DNA of 64,000 bases, from the IMG/VR virus record IMGVR_UViG_3300045988_107814, positions 128,001-192,000 of that record; one strand, written 5' to 3'. A program made the position numbers and the translations under genes. The notes below the pieces were generated by a model. It had not been told where the DNA came from, searched no databases, and worked only from the letters and a program-made list of their open reading frames with translations. This document shows, in pieces, positions 8,612 to 14,500 of the stretch (positions within the stretch are counted from its first letter, which is position 1; each line of letters begins with the position of its first letter). Source of the stretch: a virus.

Positions 8612-10180
8612 TTACTGATGATGACTATAGGTTACTGTATTGCCATTTCTTATAACGTAAATATTATCTGTGATAAGATCAGAATTTTTATAATCTGACT
8701 TATTACTTACATACAAAAGTGTATTTCCAAGTCTCTTAAACTCGGATGCAAGATAATTTATACAGTTAATACTAGTTATTTCATCGAGTGCAGATGTTAC
8801 CTCATCCAATGCAATTAAAGCATCAGGATGTCTTCTTGCATACACAATAACTCTAGCAAGATTGATTCTTTGAATCTGACCTGTAGAAAGTTTATCACCT
8901 TTTTCTCCAACAGAATCATTTTCAATATCAAGATCTACATCGACTTCTAAATGTTCAAGAATATCTTTTACTTCAGAAACAGATATAGAATCATCTCCCA
9001 AAGCTATATTATCATAGATTGACATGTTGAACATTTCACTTTCGGCAAACATATAGATGCAATCGATGTTATCTATATGATTTGACGCTGCACAAGGTTC
9101 GATTGTATTTGTGATTAACTTAATAAAAGTAGACTTTCCAAATCCACTTTTACCAGTAATACAATAACGTTTACCCTTTTCGATCTTAATATCATCAATT
9201 CTAAAGGTTACATCTGACTCTGGATAATTATAGAAAACACCATTGATATTTAAACCAGAAGATTCCAATGTTATCTTCTTTAATCTATCAGGTTCAAGTT
9301 CTCCAATTAACTTAAGACTAGCTTTCTTATCACTATACAATTCAAATATACCAGAAATTGTACCAGCAATATTCTCAATGATATAATCAGACATCAGCAA
9401 GAATAATACTGTTCCTTTATCATCCCAGCATAGATATGAGTTAATTATAGCACTAGCCCATCCAAGAATAACAAATACATTACAAAATATTTGCTTTCTA
9501 AAATTGATTCTATCGATGAATAATTTCTTTTGGCCATTGCTCTGCCTATCTATACTCCAAGATTCTTTCTGGAAATATTTGACTGTCTTACTATTATGAA
9601 TACAGTCGACTGTAACGCTAGAAATTGTTGCTACAGCTTTTGCCGCTAGTTTGTTTGTCTTCATATTTACTACTACTCCGACATTGAGAATAATAAATAC
9701 TAAGATAATAGATACGTTTACTATAACTGGCAATATACCAGCAGTTTTATATTCTTTATGACAAACCATTGCAAAAGGTACAATATATGGCAATAATTGT
9801 ACTACATACATAATAATCTGCTTATTGCACTGAACAATGTTATTGATTGTGCTATTAATACCGCCTGTACCCATACTAGTTATACTACTAATTTTAGAAT
9901 AAGTTAATTTCCTGATCCATTTCATATAATTAGTATCTATAATTTTGATATTGGTTATCTTATTAATTACAGAAGTCATAGCCCTAATCAATGTCCAAAT
10001 TAGAACAAGCATAATAAGTGTCTTAGCAAATTCTTCTCTGTATTTATAGTCTCCTACATTACTATAGAGAAGATTGATGTTAGACATGACTGTACCAAGC
10101 CAATAGTTAGCAATTGCCATAGCGATAATAAATACTGGTGTTGGCATAATCCAAAGAAATTGTTTTAATTTTTCTTTCAT
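8612..10180 (-). CDS. ABC transporter, fused permease and ATP-binding protein (exporter type)
   Basis: Hydrophobic N-terminal half. Walker A GKSGFGKST, signature LSTGQIQR, Walker B LIALDEVTSALD. Start moved to ATG 10180 after AAGGAGG. Confidence 0.85.
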   Translation of the reverse strand: MKEKLKQFLWIMPTPVFIIAMAIANYWLGTVMSNINLLYSNVGDYKYREEFAKTLIMLVLIWTLIRAMTSVINKITNIKIIDTNYMKWIRKLTYSKISSITSMGTGGINSTINNIVQCNKQIIMYVVQLLPYIVPFAMVCHKEYKTAGILPVIVNVSIILVFIILNVGVVVNMKTNKLAAKAVATISSVTVDCIHNSKTVKYFQKESWSIDRQSNGQKKLFIDRINFRKQIFCNVFVILGWASAIINSYLCWDDKGTVLFLLMSDYIIENIAGTISGIFELYSDKKASLKLIGELEPDRLKKITLESSGLNINGVFYNYPESDVTFRIDDIKIEKGKRYCITGKSGFGKSTFIKLITNTIEPCAASNHIDNIDCIYMFAESEMFNMSIYDNIALGDDSISVSEVKDILEHLEVDVDLDIENDSVGEKGDKLSTGQIQRINLARVIVYARRHPDALIALDEVTSALDEITSINCINYLASEFKRLGNTLLYVSNKSDYKNSDLITDNIYVIRNGNTVTYSHHQ

Positions 10181-10204
10181 ATGTGTTACCTCCTTAATAT
10201 ACAC

Positions 10205-10240
10205 ATCTTAATCACTGGACACTATAATAATATGTAATAA
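10205..10240 (-). promoter_or_regulatory. TATTATAGTG promoter-like motif upstream of the ABC transporter gene
   Basis: Minus-strand read: TACATATTATTATAGTGTCCAGTGATTAAG, then AAGGAGG and ATG. Confidence 0.35.
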
Positions 10241-10254
10241 AATTAATTTTTACA

Positions 10255-10280
10255 CTTCTCTAACATATAAGTAATTAAAT
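10255..10280 (+). promoter_or_regulatory. TAACATATAAGTAA promoter-like motif upstream of the tRNA cluster
   Basis: TAACATATAAGTAATTAAAT ends about 12 nt before tRNA-Leu position 1. The same 14-mer recurs on the minus strand at 34796-34812 and 36397-36415. Confidence 0.35.
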
Positions 10281-10286
10281 ATATTT

Positions 10287-10369
10287 GCGGATGTGGTGAA
10301 ATAGGCAGACACGATAGTCTTAGGAACTATTGCTTTAGCGTGCAGGTTCGATCCCTGTCATCCGCACCA
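10287..10369 (+). tRNA. tRNA-Leu (anticodon UAG), type II with long variable arm, CCA encoded
   Basis: Acceptor GCGGATG/CATCCGC. Anticodon stem ATAGT/ACTAT with loop CTTAGGA. 13-nt variable arm. T-loop TTCGATC. 3' ACCA. Confidence 0.9.
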
Positions 10370-10377
10370 TTATTTAT

Positions 10378-10754
10378 GCTGCTGTGGTGAAATAGGCAGA
10401 CACGAGGGACTTTAACGAAAATTCTATAAGAAAATATTTTTATTTTCAAAGTCTAATGAAGAGAGTTTGGGTATATCATTAGAACCATTTTATATGGTAG
10501 ACAAGAGCAGCTTGGGAGGGATCCCTTGGCTGAATGTGGACTAAACGGTGAAACCTAACCCAATGGTAATACCGTGCCAAATAACAAGTAATTGTTATGT
10601 GCGTAGAGAATATACATCCACCATCTAGAACAGATGAAGATTGATTCCAGACTATCAAACTACAATTTAATTAAATTGTAGGTAGTGAAAACTATAGTAG
10701 TACGAAAATCCCTTTCTTAATTGAGTGCGGGTTCAAGTCCCGCCAGCAGCACCA
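10378..10754 (+). tRNA. tRNA-Leu (anticodon UAA) interrupted by a group I intron in the anticodon loop
   Basis: Exon 10378-10412 (GCTGCTG acceptor, D-arm identical to the neighbouring tRNA-Leu, AGGGA-CTT) joins exon 10705-10754 (AAAA-TCCCT, variable arm, GCGGG-TTCAAGT-CCCGC, CAGCAGC-ACCA). The joined product is a complete cloverleaf with loop CUUAAAA. Confidence 0.8.
10413..10704 (+). ncRNA. group I intron (ORF-less, 292 nt) at U34/A35 of tRNA-Leu(UAA)
   Basis: 5' exon ends in U and the intron ends in G (..AGTACG|AAAATCC). TTCCAGACTATCAAAC and AACTATAGTAG resemble the Tetrahymena P7 strands CAGACUA/UAUAGUC. CTACAATTTAATTAAATTGTAG forms a P9-like hairpin. GAGTTT (10463-10468) can pair with the exon end, giving a U.G at the splice site. 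Confidence 0.7.
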
Positions 10755-10760
10755 TTTTTA

Positions 10761-10837
10761 GGGCCGTTGGCTTAATTGGTTAAAGCTACCGGCTCATAAC
10801 CGGTTGATTACAGGTTCGAGTCCTGTACGGCCCACCA
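10761..10837 (+). tRNA. tRNA with CAU anticodon (elongator Met or Ile2, not resolvable by eye)
   Basis: Acceptor GGGCCGT/ACGGCCC with a paired 1:72, so not a bacterial initiator. Anticodon stem ACCGG/CCGGT with loop CTCATAA. T-loop TTCGAGT. ACCA. Confidence 0.9.
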
Positions 10838-10881
10838 CCATTATGTGTCTCCAAAATATAATACTTTTATTCTCTATCTTG

Positions 10882-10916
10882 CTCTACAGGTTAATTCCTG
10901 TAGAGTCTCTCTTTTG
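10882..10916 (+). terminator. intrinsic terminator after the tRNA cluster
   Basis: CTCTACAGG-TTAATT-CCTGTAGAG followed by TCTCTCTTTTG. Confidence 0.6.
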
Positions 10917-10935
10917 TAAAACTTCTTATTTTCGC

Positions 10936-10988
10936 ATATATATAATTATAGTGAATAAGAGATAATATTATACATATTAATCTCTTAT
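10936..10988 (+). promoter_or_regulatory. TATAATTATAGTGA promoter-like motif plus 9-bp hairpin
   Basis: ATATATATAATTATAGTGA followed by ATAAGAGAT (10955-10963) / ATCTCTTAT (10980-10988). Confidence 0.45.
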
Positions 10989-11039
10989 ATCAAAAACATG
11001 GAGGTCTGCATATTACTCCATACGTCACAAGGCAGACAT

Positions 11040-11080
11040 TCATAAGTGTCAAAAGCTTATGATCCTAGACGTTAAAAGGG
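11040..11080 (+). promoter_or_regulatory. conserved 5' leader element (hairpin TCATAAG/CTTATGA, then ATCC..GACGTTAAAAGGG)
   Basis: Near-identical copy at 16892-16932 and a diverged copy at 38300-38346, each just before the RBS of a GC-richer plus-strand gene. Confidence 0.45.
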
Positions 11081-11091
11081 AAAGGAACATT

Positions 11092-11463
11092 ATGAATATA
11101 ACTACAATGATTAACGCAAACTCCGTTGCTGAAATTGCTGAGTCCATTATTATGAATGCAATCATCGCTGCTGAAAAATTTAATGATGAAAGGCAGAATG
11201 CATTCATGAGACAGAGGATCACATTTGAGTGCAGCTCCAAGCTCAATCTGTTCTTTTCAATTGAGTTTTTGAAATCTATTAAGAATGGAGATGAATTGAG
11301 CTGTCATGCATTGGCATCTAGATTCGAAGAAGAATGCAATGATATCGATATTGCATGCGAAATGTATTATGATCAGATTAAAAGCAGTCTGACACTTATG
11401 AATGCATTGATAAACTATGCGAATGCATTGGATAAACTTAAGAAATTTTATCTCTGCGACTAA
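11092..11463 (+). CDS. hypothetical protein
   Basis: ATG 11092 (MNITTMINAN..) after GGGAAAGGA. The upstream ATG at 11059 lies inside the conserved leader element and is probably not used. Confidence 0.6.
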   Translation: MNITTMINANSVAEIAESIIMNAIIAAEKFNDERQNAFMRQRITFECSSKLNLFFSIEFLKSIKNGDELSCHALASRFEEECNDIDIACEMYYDQIKSSLTLMNALINYANALDKLKKFYLCD

Positions 11464-11494
11464 TTCTACGATGTTACCAAACGGCAAAAATAAT

Positions 11495-11526
11495 AAACTG
11501 GGCTTGGCAACCCAGTTTATTTTTTA
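11495..11526. terminator. bidirectional terminator between convergent genes
   Basis: AAACTGGG-CTTGGCAA-CCCAGTTT flanked by an A-run and ATTTTTTATT. Confidence 0.6.
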
Positions 11527-14500
11527 TTAAAATTTATGTCTGATAGTATAGTCTTGTTTTATTCCCATTATATCTTTAACTTGTCTATCTAGTTCTACTA
11601 ATCCTTTACCAGCTAATGTATACTGTAATGGAGCACAGCACATACGTTTATCAAACGATACCATAGATGCAATAGCATCGATAGGTTCATTAGGTCTATA
11701 GGATGATGTAGGTTCGTATCCTTTTTGAACAACTTCTTTAGCTACACCTTTTTGAGCACCTAGAAAAATTAGTTTATCACCAACAGAGAAGTCATCTTTA
11801 TAAGATACATATATTTCAATTAATACGCCATCTTCTATATTTTTTAGTTTTCCTTCTTGAGGAAGTTTCTGACAAGTATATTGTTTTGCTAGATTCTCAT
11901 CATATTTAGCAATTTGTTTTGCCTTAGCATTACGTTTTCTTTCATATTCAGATACTATCTTCTTTAATGACGGAGACATTTCATCTAGTTCACAAGTTCT
12001 ATAGATATTAATATCTTCTATAACACCTGTATTATTAGACTTAATTGGAATACGTCCAAGAGATGTTACTGTGTCTTCATCATCAACTAAGTTCTTTAAC
12101 AATACGTTTACATCATTATCTTCGAATGTATTCTGAATAATTAATAATGGATCTCCTTCTTGCACTTGATCTCCAACTTTAATCATATTGAATATATTTG
12201 TATTTTTAGATAATGTAACTGGTACTTCCATTATTACATTAGATGATAATGCGTCAGAAATATAACTAGATACAATACAGGAGTCTTCGAATCCTTTATC
12301 AGAAGTAATAATTGCTACTTTTGCTAATGTACCTTGATTATAAGTAGCACTATTATCATAACCACAATTAACACTATATGACATAGGATCATAAGCAATT
12401 AACTGACCTTTCTTTACTTTAGTACCGAGACCTTTATCTACTTCTAGTTTAACTGATGTATAAAAACCACCATCAGAGTTTTTATATACTTTATTATTAA
12501 GATCAACAAAATCAATACTACCATCATTATATTGAATAACAACATGATCATCATCACGTTCAACAACAGTACCATTGTCTTTAGCGTTAAAAGAGAATAC
12601 ATCTGGTGTGAACATTGTAAGAGCGTCATCCATACCATTTGTGATAAGTAATGGATCACCACCTGCAACTCTCATATCATGCTTACTTCTCTGTACATAT
12701 GACATTGCTAAACGGAATGGGTCATCATGAGTAGTACACATAGGAGTAAGATTTTCTGCTGTGGTCATTGTATTTACATCATTCATCTTAGATTTTTCAT
12801 TTGACTTATCAGAGATATATCCACGTTTACCGTTTATATTTGCATTAGTAGTCATAATACGGTCAACACCAACTGTAGCAGCGAAACCTGTAGACATTCC
12901 TAGAATATTTGTCATAGATTCGTCATAGGTACGCTTTTCTAGTGAATAAGATCTATCACTGTTAAGACCAGATAGTCCTTTAAATGAAGCCATACTATTA
13001 CTATTAGCATAGTTTAATTCATTAATTGTAGATAAGTCTGAACATGTATTATCCATCATTATTGCATCAATAATAGCAGATTGTTTTACTGTCATTGTAG
13101 CTTTACCGGTTTTCTTTAACTTTGTTCTATAATCAGCATAAGCCTTAGATAAAACTTTGTAAGCATAACCGGCTACAATTTCATTAGTTCTAAATCTATT
13201 ACCAGAAATATCTACATGCTTATTATATTTAGTATCTGATAATAAATTAGATGCATAGATTAATGCTTCACAAAAATCTTGTGGAAGATCATACATATTA
13301 CAAACACGTTGAGAGATAGGATCAAACATAAGATCGTAGAAGTTATCAAGACCATCTGCTTTAATCCTGCCACCAAAGTTATCTAACATTTCTGTCCACA
13401 TTGTCTTAGAGTTTACATCCTTAATAGAATAATCTATTGTATCGCATTCCTTTAATCCATTCATGAACAAAGAAGAATTATAATCAATTCTATATAATAA
13501 GAATGCATCCTTAAATTTAATAAGATCATGTGTAGTATAATCTATCTTGCTAGGACGTTTATCAGTAATTTCATAAGAAATAGCAGCTTTGTTAAGTGTT
13601 TTAATAAGGCCTTCACAATATGCACAAATAACAATTACTGGCATCTTGGTATTAAGAATAGATGCTTGAGAATATGCATATTTAACAGATGGCTTTGCTT
13701 CGTTATAATAAGTAGCGAATTCTTCATCTTTACACAATTCAGCAGCGATAATATTAGAGCATAAAATAGCTCCATCGCTATAGATAATCTTCTTTTCACT
13801 GGCATCATATCCAATAGGCAATCCTTTAGACAAGTCAATAATGTCTTGATATTTTTCTCTGATATCATCTTGATCAAAATAGAATGTAACGTTTTTATAT
13901 TTAATATAAGAATATGCTTTACCAATATCCATATAATCCATTGGGATTTCATATTTAAGAGCAGTTATAGCATTATTACCAGACATATTTGTAATAGATT
14001 TACCAGTATATTTAGACAATGCTTTTATAATTTTACCAGACACTACATTTGATTTACCAACAGCACTACCAAATGTACGGAAGAAAATCTTGTTATAATT
14101 TGTAGTAATTTGTGCTGTATCAAATTCTGTTTTTATAATAGGAAGATTTATTAACTGAGCATTAATTGTCTTATCATTACCTCTTAGTCTCATAAATCTA
14201 TTATTCTTGAACAAAGGAATATCGAATTTCAATTGGAATCTAGTACCGCCGATATCTTCACATTGTACAGTCCAAGTTTCTTTCAAATCTTCAGATGTAG
14301 TTGTATTTTCAACATCAACATTTCTGATACCAACTGGAACAGTTCTTGTAGAAAAGAAATCTAAGATAGCCATTATATCTTCGTCTACATTATATTCTTT
14401 ATTAAAATTAATGTATTGAAGATTATCCCATTGATCATTATTAATACTATTAATATTAGCAGAAGATACTGGTAATGGATCTTCACCTGTATCTTGGGAA

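Noticed and set aside
10405-10420. Reading the interrupted tRNA as an ochre suppressor (anticodon UUA from CTTTAA)
   Set aside because: That reading ignores the intron. With splice sites after U34 and after the terminal intron G, the loop is CUUAAAA (anticodon UAA, Leu). Long ORFs throughout the window also terminate normally at TAA and TGA, so nothing points to stop-codon reassignment.
10413-10704. Homing endonuclease or other ORF inside the group I intron
   Set aside because: There is no ORF of meaningful length in any frame. The intron appears ORF-less, so I make no claim that it is mobile.
11059-11091. Upstream in-frame ATG for the 11092 CDS
   Set aside because: It lies within the conserved leader element, whose equivalent ATG at 16911 is out of frame with its CDS. 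Conservation is at nucleotide level, so the ATG is probably not a start codon.
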